Assembly (NCBI GenBank): GCA_965113315.1
Contig: OZ220368.1
Origin: Podarcis vaucheri
Taxonomy: Eukaryota
DNA length: 64,000 nucleotides
Reading direction: 5' to 3' (one strand)
Shown piece by piece: positions 14,122-38,600 of this stretch. The number at the start of each line of letters is the position of its first letter. Positions within the stretch are counted from its first letter, which is position 1. The position numbers and the translations under genes were made by a program. Below the pieces are notes generated by a model. It saw nothing but the letters and a program-made list of their open reading frames with translations, was not told the origin of the DNA and ran no database searches.

Positions 14122-14248
14122 CAGGCATAGGCAAACTCAGCTCTCCAGATGTTTTGGGACTACAACTCCCATCATCCCTAGCTAACAGGACCAGTGGTCA
14201 GGGATGATGGGAGTTGTAGTCCCAAAACATCTGGAGGGCCTATGCCTG
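14122..14248. mobile_element. Palindromic hAT-like MITE (gactacaactcccatca family)
   Basis: Near-perfect hairpin tccagatgttttgggactacaactcccatcatccc...gggatgatgggagttgtagtcccaaaacatctgga. Decayed relatives at about 515-620, 5654-5783, 11640-11890, 20720-20835, 26740-26865 and 30483-30590. Confidence 0.8.
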
Positions 14249-15439
14249 AATTAGACGCTCTGCTGTTGGGAGCAGTGAAGGATGATAACAGAAACTATCC
14301 ACATCCCAGCCTGCTGGTGATGGTAGTGTGGCTGAGAGTTCAGATCAGTGGTTTGGAACCTCCAGCCCATGGAACTATTCAGGCCTGCTGGGCCTCAGAA
14401 ATTGGACTGCCAAGCCACACATACCTTTCCCATGTCTACTGTCATATATGACACCAAGCAGGAGAAGTTCAAGCCACGAGGTCCTCATTTCTTCCTTGGC
14501 AGGGAAAACTGGCACTTTCAAAAGATGCCAAATATGAAAAGAGCCAAGTCTTGGCTGCAAAGGAAAAACCAGGAGCGCATTTCTGATTTGTTATTTGCAG
14601 CTGCAGCTTGAATTCAAGCCAGGGAGGCAAAGGTAGAGTCTTCTTAAGGAGCTCCAGCTGCAAAGGGAGCTTTTTCCTTCACACCTGAAGGTACAATCAC
14701 CTGATAGACAGATCCAGTTCCCCATCCCTGTTTTAGATGGAGGTAGGTAAATGGGGGTGCAGTCTGAGGCTGTATCGGCTGCACTCTGATGCAAGGTTAG
14801 CAGCTACCCTTACCTGCTGAAGGAATGTTTTTGTCTTCACAATACAAGCAATAAAATTCTTATGAAGACACCATCAATCTCCAGGGTTCTCCAAAGGAAA
14901 CCCAAGACTACCTCTGGAACTTCCCACCCCTAGGGGAAAAGGAACAAGGAATGGTAATTTGTCTTTTATATTTCTGTGAGTTTGTGGGTGCCAGGCTCCT
15001 ATAACCCCTGGATCCAGCAAGCGTTAGCATTTAATCAAGGCTGATATTGTTAAACTGGGTGCCAGACCCATTCTAACCCCTGGGCCCAGCAAGTGTTAAA
15101 ATAGAAGGCAGGCTAGCTTCCTGTGTTTAGGTGATGGGCCGTTAAGAGAACCAAGAAAAGGGGTTTTGTGCCAGGTGACAAATGGGTGGGGCCCCTCCTT
15201 TCCTACTTCTTAGATAGTAAGAAAGACAAAAACCAGAGATTAGACTTGAAAGTGTGTGCAATGTGACCTAAAAGTTAAGCTGCAGGCTGGACAGCCAGAG
15301 AGGCAGAGCACAATGTTTGATCTCTGCTTGAATCCAAGGCTGCAGCTTTGGGAGAAACAAGGCCCTTTTGAGACGCTAATGCTGTGAACCCCTCCATTGT
15401 AGGCTTAGGTTGTGTATAGATATGCAAGGTAGGGGAAAG

Positions 15440-15575
15440 CAGTGCATTTTTTTCTAAAAAAATGTTTAGGGGTACTCTCATTTTCCTACTCCTATTGAAA
15501 TACTGCCCCTCAATGAGGCTAAACTTAGATTCACAAAATGTTTAGGGGTATGCATACCCCCAGAAAAAAGCACTG
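15440..15575. mobile_element. hAT-type MITE (same family as 9862-10007, opposite orientation)
   Basis: CAGTGC...GCACTG termini and a shared internal sequence. Confidence 0.8.
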
Positions 15576-15581
15576 GGGAAA

Positions 15582-15926
15582 AGTAAAGGTAAAGGACCCC
15601 TAGATGGTTAAGTCCAGTCAAAGGTGATTATGGGGTGCTGCACTCATCTCGCTTCCAGGCCGAGGGAGCTGGTGTTCATCCACAGACAGCTTTCTGGGTC
15701 ATGTGGCCAGCGTGGCTAAACCGCTTCTGGCCATGATGGAAGCCAGAGCGCACAGAAGTGCCGTTTACCTTCCCAGCGCAGTGGTACCTATTTATCTTCT
15801 CGTACTGGCATGCTTTCAGACTGCTAGGTTGACAGAAGATGAGACAGCAACAGGAGCTCACCCCGTCGCGCAGGTTCGAACTGCTAACCTTCCAATCGGC
15901 AAGCCCAAGAGGCTCAGTGGTTTAGA
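15582..15926 (-). mobile_element. Sauria SINE
   Basis: Aligns with 8250-8623; (ACCTTT)n tail. Confidence 0.88.
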
Positions 15927-16573
15927 GTCTCCGCTGTGTCTCATTTCCAAAAGGAAATGCAAACCCTGGGTAAGTTCCCGGAAACTCTGGGATCTTGCAC
16001 TGCTCAGAGATTGGAGTGCTGTGCAACAATATGGTTTGTACTAGGTTGCGTCCCACTCAGTTCCAAACTTGACATTCTAAAGCATTTCTCGTAATGGGTT
16101 GGCATTATGGGTAGCTGGGGTGAAGCACCATTTGCTCTCCCTGCTGCTAGCCTTTTCAAAGGCATGTTAATAATGTACTTGAAATGCAAGTTTGTTCAAA
16201 GGAGACGATCAGTGTATTTGCCATACACCGGTAGCCTTCCAGGACCTGGAGCTTTCTCCTTTATTGACAAATGAGGGGTTGCTTAAGCAGTTCTTCTCTT
16301 TGCTTTCTGCGATTCACTGACCAAATGAGAACCCTGAACCAGCTGGTTGGCTGTGGAATGACAAGCGTTCTATTTTGCTCCTCCCTTCCCAGACTTCATG
16401 TGAATCAGCTAAACCAGAAATACAGGTAGAGAAAGAGGTGGAGGATTTCCAAAGGCAAATACCCTGACAGGACAGTAAAAAAACAAAAAAAACACGGCTT
16501 GAATGGAAAAATAACAGGGGAAAGTAGCTGTTCGAGAGAGCCTGGAGTGGTTGATACTCTTTCCAACGTGAAA

Positions 16574-27611
<11,038 letters not shown>

Positions 27612-27697
27612 ATGGCTGGTTTGCTTTTCAGCCACGTGGCATAGCAAGAGGTTTAGCTCTCCCCATAGTTTGCGGAAAGAATTATGAAAAGCTATAT

Positions 27698-27703
27698 AAT
27701 AAA
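27698..27703 (+). promoter_or_regulatory. Candidate polyadenylation signal of TTC22
   Basis: AATAAA about 90 nt after the stop codon. Confidence 0.45.
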
Positions 27704-27944
27704 ATGTGATACTTTCTAGAGCACCCACCAAGTATTATTCTCCCATATACATGGAGGAGTCGAGGTATGTGTTCTCATATTAAAAAATGAGCATGCTTAA
27801 TTTTTTCCAAAGCAAAACATTAAACAAGCTCAAAACGTTTACACTATGTATGTATGTATAGCACACAGAAGCAGGTCAACAGGAGATAAAATAGCCTTCA
27901 TTTATTACTGGGAAGCAGGTAAGGTGTAAGTGATTTACAGCAAC

Positions 27945-28627
27945 ACTCTGATTTTTAAAAATTGGCAACGAGAAATTTCAAGGTATCTCTGGCAGGGTAA
28001 GAAGCCGAGGATAAAATTTAAGATATTGACAGACGCTAAAGAAAGAGGAGGCTTCGCCCTGCCAGACTTGAAATCGTATTATGAAGCATCTTGCCTCTGT
28101 TGGTTGAAGGAATGGATAAAATTAGAAGACACGGATGTGTTAGATCTGGAAGGTTTTGATAATAGATTTGTGGTATGACAAGAAACGGGTACATAAAGGT
28201 TTTGAAAATCACATTACAAGAAGGTCTCTGATTGAAGTGTGGGAAAGATATAAAAACTTGTTGGAACAAAAAACTCCATATTGGTTGTCGCCGTTGGAGG
28301 CGATGAGTGTGAAGAAAGTCAATATGACAGGGGGTTGGGTGACATATGAGAAGTTAATGTGTAAAAGCGAAGGAAAATGGAAAATGAGATTATTTGAAGA
28401 AGTCAAGGATTATGTGAATGACTGGCTGCACTTTTTTCAAATTAATGAGATGTTCAGAAAAGATCTAAATCAGAGGAGTTTTGCTGATAAAGAATCAAAA
28501 TTTCAGACAGAAATACTGAATAATGACAACAAGATTTTAGCAAAAACGTATAAGATATTATTGGAATGGTGCACGAAGGATGAGGAGGTAAAATCAGTTA
28601 TGATTGATTGGGCCAAAGATATGGGGC
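27945..28627 (+). mobile_element. L1-clade LINE ORF2 fragment
   Basis: Frameshifted peptides WQGKKPRIK..KERGGFALPDLKSYYEA and downstream ORF2-like sequence. Confidence 0.85.
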
Positions 28628-29348
28628 TCAACCATCAAAACTTAATGTGACCAGATATTGATACTTATGTCCTTGCTTTGGATATATACATTCATTTAAC
28701 TTAATTGTAGCAACCTAGGGATGTGCTCTTCCGTTTGGAAGAAAACCACCACCATCACCCCATATTTTTCACTTAATGAAAAGGAGATATAATAGCAGAT
28801 GTTTATTTAGAATTTTAAAAAAAATCAAGAATATGTAGGTACCTCTTTGGTTTTGTCTGTTGAAAATATAGAATGAAAGCCTCCAAATTCACTATATTTT
28901 GTTGTTAGGTATGTTTTACATTTTCTGCACCTGCCTTTGAATCAATCATTGTCTTCACATATCATGTGGGCTTCTTGCTAGGCCACATATTGAACTCACA
29001 GAATGGATTAATTCTGAACAGATTGTGGGGCTGTTCTTTTGCCACATTTCCAGAGCAATTAATTAAAACCACCAGATATGTTAACAGTCATATTCAGAAT
29101 CACATATTCAGTAACTTATTTACTGATCTTATCAAGTATGCAACCCATGGGTGCCAACTGCCTGAGACCCTGCATGGCTGAGCACCTACAAAATTCCCCA
29201 TATAGAGGACGGGAACCCACACATTTCAGTGCCAAGGCCATACACGCTGCATGGCACCCATGGCCACGGCACCAAGCTGGCACTCCTGTGCAACCAGTTA
29301 CATTGGTGCTGCTATTCTGAGATATACTCACTGCATTTAAATAATGAA

Positions 29349-29354
29349 TTTATT
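29349..29354 (-). promoter_or_regulatory. Candidate polyadenylation signal of OSC-like copy A
   Basis: AATAAA on the minus strand about 300 nt after the TGA. Confidence 0.45.
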
Positions 29355-29655
29355 GCGGGACTCTCCAAATAGCCAACACCTGTTGATTCATGCTTGGACA
29401 TTAGCTCATGTGATAGTTTAAGCTGTTCCTGCTCGCAAGACATGTTGTTAGCCTGGCAAGGAAAAGACAGTCTCTAAATTGTCAATGCGTCCTTCATTCT
29501 GATCTTATAGGAATGTTTCAAGTGATCTAATGTGGCATTATAATAGAAGAAAAACAGCACATGCCACACGGTGAATATCAACCAAGAGAGAAAAGCACTG
29601 GATGATGTTGAGAAGGATGAAACCCAAGCTCTCAGGAATGACAGTGCACCTCTGC

Positions 29656-32600
29656 TCAGCACCTTCCATTCTGACTCTGCTCTGAATGCACAGATCCATT
29701 CTTCATGAGTCCTTTAGCGACAGGGCTGCTGGGATATAGCCGGGTGAAGCGGGCAAGTGCAAAGATAGGGAAGATGATTCGGTAGGCATTGTAATGCAGA
29801 GTACCAGCTTTGTAGAATGCTGTAGCGATGTCACCCTGAGGGGAGGCAAGAGAGAAATTCCTGAACAACCGACATGCAGTCTTCTGCCCTGCCTTCATGG
29901 TGACTAAATTCCATTTGAGAACCCAGTTGTATGATCACTGCAACCTCTTTCAAGAGCAACTGTCACATACAATATAACCAAGCTTTTATTTGGCAAACAA
30001 GACTCTGGAAGCAGGAATCAGAGACCAGAGCCAATTAAAATGTAGGAAAGGCGACTAAAGACATTGTAGCATCTCAGGCAGAATATCCAAATGGTTCCAT
30101 GATTAAAAAATAAAATAATTAACTGGCAGTCTATGGCTTTTTAAAAGCACCCCTCTGACCTGCCACATCTAACAGTAGGGCCAGCTGTGTGCTGTGCTCT
30201 GATACCACACAAACTCAATCCTGATGGCACATTTTGATGCCACCGCAGTAACAAGACAGGTGCATGAATCACTTGGGTGCTTAAGGCAACAGAATACTTC
30301 CCACAGGAACATCAGAGTGTTCAATAGAGGGAGAATATGGGAAGCACTTGTAAGATCTCACCTGCCAATGCCACACAAGTGCCCATGTGTGTCCACAATA
30401 CATTGCAGCCATGTACGAGAAGCATCTTTATGACAACAACAATGCCAATGAGAGTACATTCTGATGCCTCATTCAGTAAGTGAGGGGTGGAAAACTTTTG
30501 GTCCTCCAAATATTGCTGAATTGCAACTCCCATCATCCATGTCTACTGCCTGTGTAGGCTGGAAGGCAACAACTTAGCCACCCCCACTCTCAGTACTTGG
30601 TGGAAAATGCTCTGCGTTCATTCATTTTACATATATTTGGAGAACATGATCCATTTCATAGCTGGCTAAAAAGGTTCTGTGAACCTTTAAATTATATTGC
30701 TATGAGGATATTTCATTAGGAAAAGAAATTAAAAGTATTAACACACCTGAGGCCACTCCCCAATCGATGTCTGTCTGTCAATCAAAACTTTTATTCCTCT
30801 TTCCAGAACCCGAACATCAGGATATCTGCAATGCCACAAGAATACTGGACATTAGTTTTGTTATCAGCACCCAGTGAGGGCTGGGAGCTGGAGCGAGGGG
30901 AAAGCCTATCAGTTTTCTTCTGGGAAGAAGCCTATATGACTACAATTTCTTTTTAAAAGAAAGAAACCCTCATGGGCTCACAGAAACTCAATGGATTCCC
31001 CTAGGGGAAAGACCTGTAAGTGTATGAGTCCTTCACACAAGTTCCAAAAAGTGAAGCAGCTAAAGAAATGAAATTTCTCCTCCTCTGCCCTTAAGACGGC
31101 CTTAACTGCCTCTTTGTTTGGCATTATTTCAATTGTTTGGACTAAAAAGCACCTGAGAACATCTACATACCAAGCTGCACAAAAATTCAGTCCTCTGTAA
31201 GTTTACAAAGCGTGTTCTCCTTCATGGAGAGCACGTGTTGCGGTGGGGGCTGCCAGGACACTCCAAAGTTGGGGGGCGGGCTAATTGATCGTTGGCCACT
31301 GATGCGATTGGGGCTTCCCTTGTTGTTGGGAAGAAGTTAATGTTGCCATTTATTGATTGACAGCCAGAAATAGTAAAACTCCTTGCACGAGGCTAGGGCT
31401 TCCTCTTTTCGCCCGTGCATCGGATCACCCGTCCCTCCCTTCCTAGAATAGGGTTGTTCACTTTGACCTTGCTATGCCTGTCATGGGGTCGTCTGCTTTG
31501 GAGCGGGGGCCTGGTAGGAATTTTGTCCATCTGGCTGATTGGCTGGGGCCATTTGGCTTTTGCCTACTGCGTAGTAAATCATCACAACTTGTAAGGTTCG
31601 CGGTTAGGCATTGGTTTATGGTTTGGTTGGTTGAGGGGCATGGATTGGCTGTGCCTGCCCCTCTAATGCTGCTGCTGCAAGGGATTCCGTTAAAGGAATT
31701 GGGAGCTAACTATTGCTTGTCCACTCTGTCAAGGGGGCTCGGGCCATAGCAATGAGCACCTGGTTGCATTTGGGGTGAGGGCAGGTTCCCTGCTCTGCGT
31801 AACCCCCAAGTGTATTCCCCCATTCTGACTTTCACGTCATGCGGAATGTCAGTCTGTCCCCCATGGTGGGGGCAGATAGTCATAACCAATGCCTACGCAA
31901 CCATTCACAAATTTGTATTTTAATAAAATTGTGGCCAAAATTATGCCAAAAATCTTAAACAAAAACTTCTGTGTGATGTGTGAGTTATTGGGGTGGACCT
32001 GTGGACCTTGACACACAAAAGCTAGCTATGCAGCATGAGGGACACAACATGCGAGAGGGAAGTCTGTGGCCTGTTTTTCCATAGGTTTTCAAAGGAGTAA
32101 TGGCACCCAACGAAAATAAGCACAACCAAAGATACTTCCAGAAGGAGGCGCCTCTTGTGATGGAGGATTAGGCTGCAAACACACCGTAGGTTTAGAGCAA
32201 ATTACTTCCTACAAGGAATCCTGGGAACTGCAGCTCTGTGAAGGATAAAGTACAGTTCCCAGGATTCTCTAGGGAAAGTCATGTGCTTTAAAGGTACACA
32301 GCTCACTGCTTTTGGGTGCTGGTAGCTCCATCTCCCACGGCTAGCCTGCTTCAGCCAACAGGTCCAGAACAAATTTATGCAAGTGATGCAATGCACTCAT
32401 AGTGAATGGATAATGTGTTTTTGTGAAAAAGACTTTGGAGGAAATGGACTTTGGGCAGATCAGCCCCCTCTTGCCAAACCCCATGAACTTAGAAGCATGT
32501 TTCTTTAGTATGCCTTAATTGGTTTGTCTAACTGCTGCAGAAAGAACTTGGGCAAAAGCAGACAGAAGCCTTTGCTAAGGTAGGTAACTGCCATCTTCTG

Positions 32601-35600
32601 TGCTTACCTAACAGCCATCAGCCCCAACAGAGCCCAGGAGGTTTGGTGGATCTGGGATACAGTGTGCTGAATATATTTGCGAAACCTGTAGGATTCAAAT
32701 TCCTCTCCCCAGCCACCGTCTTCCATTTGCTTGGAGACTAAGAATTCACAGGCTTTGGTCACTTCCTTGCATGCCTCCCTAGAAAATATGAGAGGAGAGA
32801 GAGAGAAAATAGCCCATGAGATGCCTCATTGGGTTTTGTTCCACTGTTGGCCTTGACTGCATCCAAAGAATCTCATGCACAATTACCTGCAGGTAAGGCC
32901 CACTAGGTGCAAGTAGATAAATAGGTACCACTTACCAGCGGGAAGGTAAACGGCGTTCCGTGTGCTGCGCTGGCTCGCCAGATGCAGCTTTGTCACGCTG
33001 GCCACGTGACCCGGAAGTGTCTCCGGACAGCGCTGGCCCCCGGCCTCTTGAGTGAGATGGGCGCACAAACCCCAGAGTCTGTCAAGACTGGCCCGTTCGG
33101 GCAGGGGTACCTTTACCTTTAAGGCCCACTAAGCTTAGCTGGATTTACTTCTGAGTAAGCATGCATAGGGGCTGGTGCTGTCAATATTATATGCACATGA
33201 CTCCCCTGCCTTTGATATTTTGGGTGGAGGAGCCTGACGGTCTCTCCACTTCTCTCTGAAGCTCAGCTCCATCAAGGGCTCCCAGCAGAGCAACATTCAT
33301 ACTAAACTTCTACCCGAAAGGCTGCTTACTCACCCACCACGGTAGATGTATCCCATACATGCAAATGCCTCTAGTCCAAACCAGGTGCCATATGTGAAGC
33401 ATACGCCCCATCGCCTGTCAGGGAGGAAAAACCCATCAGCCGCTGAATGAAAGATACTGAGACAAATGACAGACTACACCCTTTGAGTATGCCCTTCCAT
33501 TCACTGTTTGTTTCATAGAATCATAGAGGTGGAAGGGACCATGAGGGTCATCTAGTCCATGGGTAGGCAAACTAAGGCCCAGGAGTCGGATCCGGCCCAA
33601 TCGCCTTCTAAATCTGGCCCGCTGACAGTCCAGGAATCAGCATGTTTTTACATGAGTAGTATGTCTCCTTTTATTTAAAATGCATCTCTGGGTTATTTGT
33701 GGGGAATAGGAATTCGTTCCCCCCCACAAAAAAAAAATAGTCTGGCCCCCCACAAGTCTAGGGGACTGCTGAAAAAGTTTGCTGACCCCTGATCTAGTCC
33801 AACCCCCTACAATGTGAGAATCTTTTGAATTTCATGTTCCTAGTCAAAGTCAGAATCTCTTATTGCTATATAACTTGTTATTTAATTTTTTCCTGTTGTA
33901 CATTTAACTAGATCTAATTTATATAACCAGTTATTTTACTTAGTGGCTGTATATCTTATGGTGTGAATACTCCTGATGAATCATGTAGGGATCAGTATGG
34001 GATCAGTACATAGTGTTACCAACAGTACAGTATGTTTTCTCTCTAAGCCTAATGACAATGTGAAGGTTTGTGCAACTACCTAATGCAACTACATTGTTAA
34101 AAGACTGCTCAGTTGAACGGTCACAAAATCCTGCCTCAGAACAGACATAGATTTACTGAGGGTGGAAAAAGCTGCTGATGCCTAGATATTGGTACTACAT
34201 TTTAGGCTGCTGGTTTCAAATCACTCCTCAGACAGGCTAACATTAGTTATTTGTTGTGAAGAAGACCCCTAACAGCCCTCTTAGCTGTCACATGCTGAAT
34301 TTGCCTATTTCATGCATCAGGGTTAAATCTGATCCGGCTCTGTTTATTTTTAGGATCTCATTGCATCAAAAAAGAGGCTGCATACTCATCCTTTCATTCC
34401 CGTGCATAGAGTTAGGCTGTAGCATTCCCCTCCACAGCGGGAAGGCAATTCTGTGCATTTATGAGAAATCCCGTTCCTTGCTTGTGTTTTACCCTCCATC
34501 CCAAAATAGTTTCATATTTGTAGATCATACCAAAAGAGCAAGCTGTCGCCAGTGCAAATGCAGATAAACAGGACTGTGCCTGTGATTGGTCACCTCAAGA
34601 CACAGGTCAACCAAACTGACCACACACCCCCAGGCCACCAAATGAAAGTTCTATGCTTGTCTGCCCCCATCTGGACTTCTGGACAGAATCTTCTACCCAA
34701 ACCCCTTTACCAGGGTTCCCTGAGATAAGGCACCAAATGAAGGGGGTGATGCACCATTTTACCCCCCAAGAAATAGACCAAAAATTCATCCCATGCCTTA
34801 TCCACTGAAAGTTGTGACAATTGCTATGAGAAGGCAAAACCACCAATTGGGCCCAATTTGTCTGCATGCAAATTCCTTCCTGGTCCTGAAAACAGTGACC
34901 GATTATCTCCACAGCAAGGTCCTCCATACACATTGCCCACTTACCTCAAAGGCAATGCCAATTTTTAGGTGGGTGGGATGATCAGCTGCCAACTATGTTG
35001 CTGGCTCCCAGTACAGATGGCTTAAATACTACAGCGGAGGACTGGAGTGAACCCTCAGTATCTATCTCTGCTGCTGAAGCCCCACTCCACTATCAGGTCA
35101 CTATTGGCCAATTTAAAATTTATATTTTAAAAATCATCCCCTCTGGTCAGTTGAAGAAAACAATTGGCCATGAAGGACAAAGGACCTGCCCCATCCACGA
35201 CCCCGAGGGGTTGCACTAGGCCACAATCATAGGCCGTATCAATATAGGACAGCTGACTGTCAACTACACTACAAGTGGTCAGCTGATCCACAGCACTTTG
35301 TCTACTAGGATGACACACCAGCTGAAACAATGGAACAGTGTGTTGCATTAGCTAGTTCTCTCCTTTTTATCTGTCAAACTGTTGTGTAGGAAAGGCATTC
35401 AAAAGGTGAAGGTTTCCACAGCTCAGTCAGCAAAGTCATTCTTTGAGAACACTATGTATGCATTCAGAAACTCCGCCGACCAGTGCCACAGTCAAGTTCA
35501 GTGTGGGATATTTGTAAGCCACTCACCCTAACCAGGAGCCATCAGCTTTCTGCATATTACGACAAAACTGCAAAGCCTTACTTAGCGTATCACTGGGAAG

Positions 35601-38600
35601 AAAAACAAAGGAGTCTTCTTACATTTCAAGCTAACCAGGTTCTGGATAAGACAATCATTAAGGCAAGCTCCGTGTAACAATGGCATTCAACGGCCTAAAG
35701 AAGCCTTCCACTTTTTCAGAACTTGGACCCACCCAAAACATTCATTTAGTGGCCCACTTCTTAATGTTTTAACAATGTTAGTGTTGCTATTGTGACCCAC
35801 CTTAGAGCAGGCTGTGATCCAGTAGTGGTCCTACCAGCCTCCCAAGTGATGGCTAATTAAGATCAAGAGTGTTCCTCATCAGTCTTTGTTTAAACCACCA
35901 GCAACAACTTTACATACTGTATCACTTCTATGTTGGAAATAACATGTATGCTGTAAGTTACATGTACATAAACATTTTCGGAGGGGTAGCTGTGCTGGTT
36001 TGCTGCAGCAAAAACAACTAAGTGTCATGTGCCACCTTAAAGCCTAACACATTTTATTGTGGCAAAAGTTTTTATGGACTGGAGTCCACTTCAGATGTAC
36101 CGTGTGATCATTAGTTGCCAGGGATGTAAGCAGATGGAGGTATATGTATATATTTTAAATAATGACTGGAGTTGCAATCAAATACAATAAAAAATAAAAA
36201 ATCAGTCTTTGCAATTCCTGAGCTCTTAACATGGAATATTCTATTAGAATACAGAATTCAAGACTATAGAATATGAATTCATGCTGTAACAATAATATCC
36301 TTCTCAGCTTCTGGGGATTTCCCCCCATACCTTTACCTGATTTCATCTTCCCGGTGATTTGGGAATCTTTTCCCAAAATGTTTCAATCCCTGCATTATGG
36401 ATGAAGTACATTCTGTATAGGTGTGGTCGACCATACAGTCAGCTGAAAATCATAAAGTGAAGTATTTTACTTTATGTTTCAAGGTGGCTTACAGATTTAT
36501 AAAATGCTAGCATCCCCGAAAATATCCTTTAAAAGGGAGCCAAAACCTAGCAGTTTAAACAGCAGGAGGGAAAAAAACCTCTATAAAAACAACAGTCAAA
36601 ATGTCAGCCCTTTGCCCACCAAAAGCTTATCAGGAAAACCGGCCATGCATTTTGTGCAGAGGACTATCAGTGAGATCCTTCTTTGTCTAGATCAGGGGTG
36701 GGCATCCTGCATCCAGAGGGTCACATACAGGCCTCAGCCTATTTTTAGAAGCGCAGGAAGAGCCCAAAGGGAGAGGAAGATGGTGGTGGAGGTGAAACAG
36801 ATGGGGTGATGTGAGAGGAAATCCCTTTGCAAGCAAACAGTTGAGAACCCTGCAAGAATTATTGGTCTCTCCCCTAGCAGCCTGTTGGGCACAGAGCAAA
36901 AGAGAGAGAGGAAGAGAAGAGGGTGTGGCAAAAGGAGGGAGAGATGGCTCTGGCCACACTCCCTGCTGGCATGCAGTTCACAGCAGAATGCCCTCAAGGG
37001 AAAGTGTCCCCTCCCTGAAGGCTGTGAGGTGGTGGGGTCATCCTGGGAGAGGTGGCTTCAGAGTTTTGACAGTCAGACGATGTGTGATGTGAGGAGACCA
37101 TTGATTTCTAGCTGACTTTGTGTACCTGTTTATCATTTTGGTTCCATGGTCAGAGCCACATGGACTGTCCGTATCACACCATCTTTGTTCTGCCTGTTCC
37201 AGAAACCAACCACCAGCCTGCCTTAGAACATCTCCCCTATCAGCACCTACAGTGGACTCTGACAACGTGAACAATTGCCAAGCTCCTATGGCCTAAACAA
37301 ACTGCCTCCAAACATGTGACTTCAGTTCATGGTCTCTATCCCCAAAACTATGAAATTCACAAAAGATTCCCATTTAAGTTGTTCTGATATCAAGGCTGTG
37401 TTCTTACCATACAACTCTGTGCAGTTCATTATCTCCAGTAGCCTACTCCCTCGTCTGGTTTCATAAGAAGCAAAACCACCATCAGAATTTCGCATGCTCA
37501 GAATCTGCAAAAAAGTACAAGTGGGATGGGGGGGGCGGGGAGAGGGTTTAAGAACAGGCATGGTGTTTCTTGTCCTACTTGCAGAGGAACATGGCTGGTC
37601 GCTCCTGTCCAGCCCCACCAGCCACTCCTGTGCCCCTTCCTCACTTGCCTTTTTTATAAACTAAAAAACCCCAAATGTTATGGAGGAGATCCTCCAAATT
37701 CTTCATCATTTTAGTTGCCCCTTTCTATGCAAGAATTCCCATGATTCATGTGGCCATTTTCTGTTTTTCAAGTCTGGATAGATTCCTGCTGTTTCAGACT
37801 TTGCCACAAGCACCAAATGCAATTCAGGCGCCACTCCACCCGGCTACAATGGTGTGTAAAATCAGAGTCTCTGCCCTTGACAAACCAACCTCTTTATTTT
37901 AAGTGGAACTAAACAAAAGGAGAGTGGCTCGCCGTACATATGTAGTCGTGCCAGTTGGCCCTCTCTCACCATATTAGGCCAATGGAGAACTCAGTGGATG
38001 GGGAGATTCTGTTGTTCCAGCAAACCCTAGAAAGTGTCATTGCTCCTCATGACTATGATGAGGATTCCAGGACAAAATTTGCTAATTTGCACTGTATCTC
38101 CAAATTACTACTGTAGGGACAGAGATTAACAGATTATGTATTTGACTTCAAATTGTAAGTAAACTGTAATGATGCAATAGCTACTTTCTAATGAACAAGA
38201 TCAATGGTCCATCTGTTGTCAATCCTAAAGCCCAGTGAGCTTTCGATCCAGCTTACTGAGGGAGATTGCTCTCAGTCCTGCTACCTTACAACCCTTTACC
38301 TGAGCTTAAGGAACTCAAACTTCAAGACTGATCATCCTTCACAGAGGATAAACTGCTGCCACAGGGACACTTCCACCAATTATCTTAGCCCACAAAACCA
38401 ATACGGTCCCACAAAACCAATATTCTCCTCAGCACTATTACTGAATGCTAGATGACCTCAGTCTTCCCACAATAGCTTCCTCCTGCCTGCTTCCCATTTT
38501 CTCTTCTGAGCTTTCCCCCTTCTCACCACATTGACAGCATCAAAGAGGCGCTGAGGTGCCACATGATCTTCTATGAAGGGGCATTTTTCCTCCAGTAGCA

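Larger units (their letters stand above)
13210..16392. promoter_or_regulatory. Divergent CIMAP2/TTC22 intergenic and 5'UTR region (possible bidirectional promoter)
   Basis: Head-to-head genes about 3.4 kb apart. A polypyrimidine+AG acceptor at 16391-16392 implies an upstream non-coding TTC22 exon. X-box-like GCTCCCCAGCAAC at 14041-14053. Confidence 0.4.

Noticed and set aside
29656-29670. C-terminal cysteine as a prenylation signal
   Set aside because: The protein ends QNGRC, which is not CaaX, CC or CXC.
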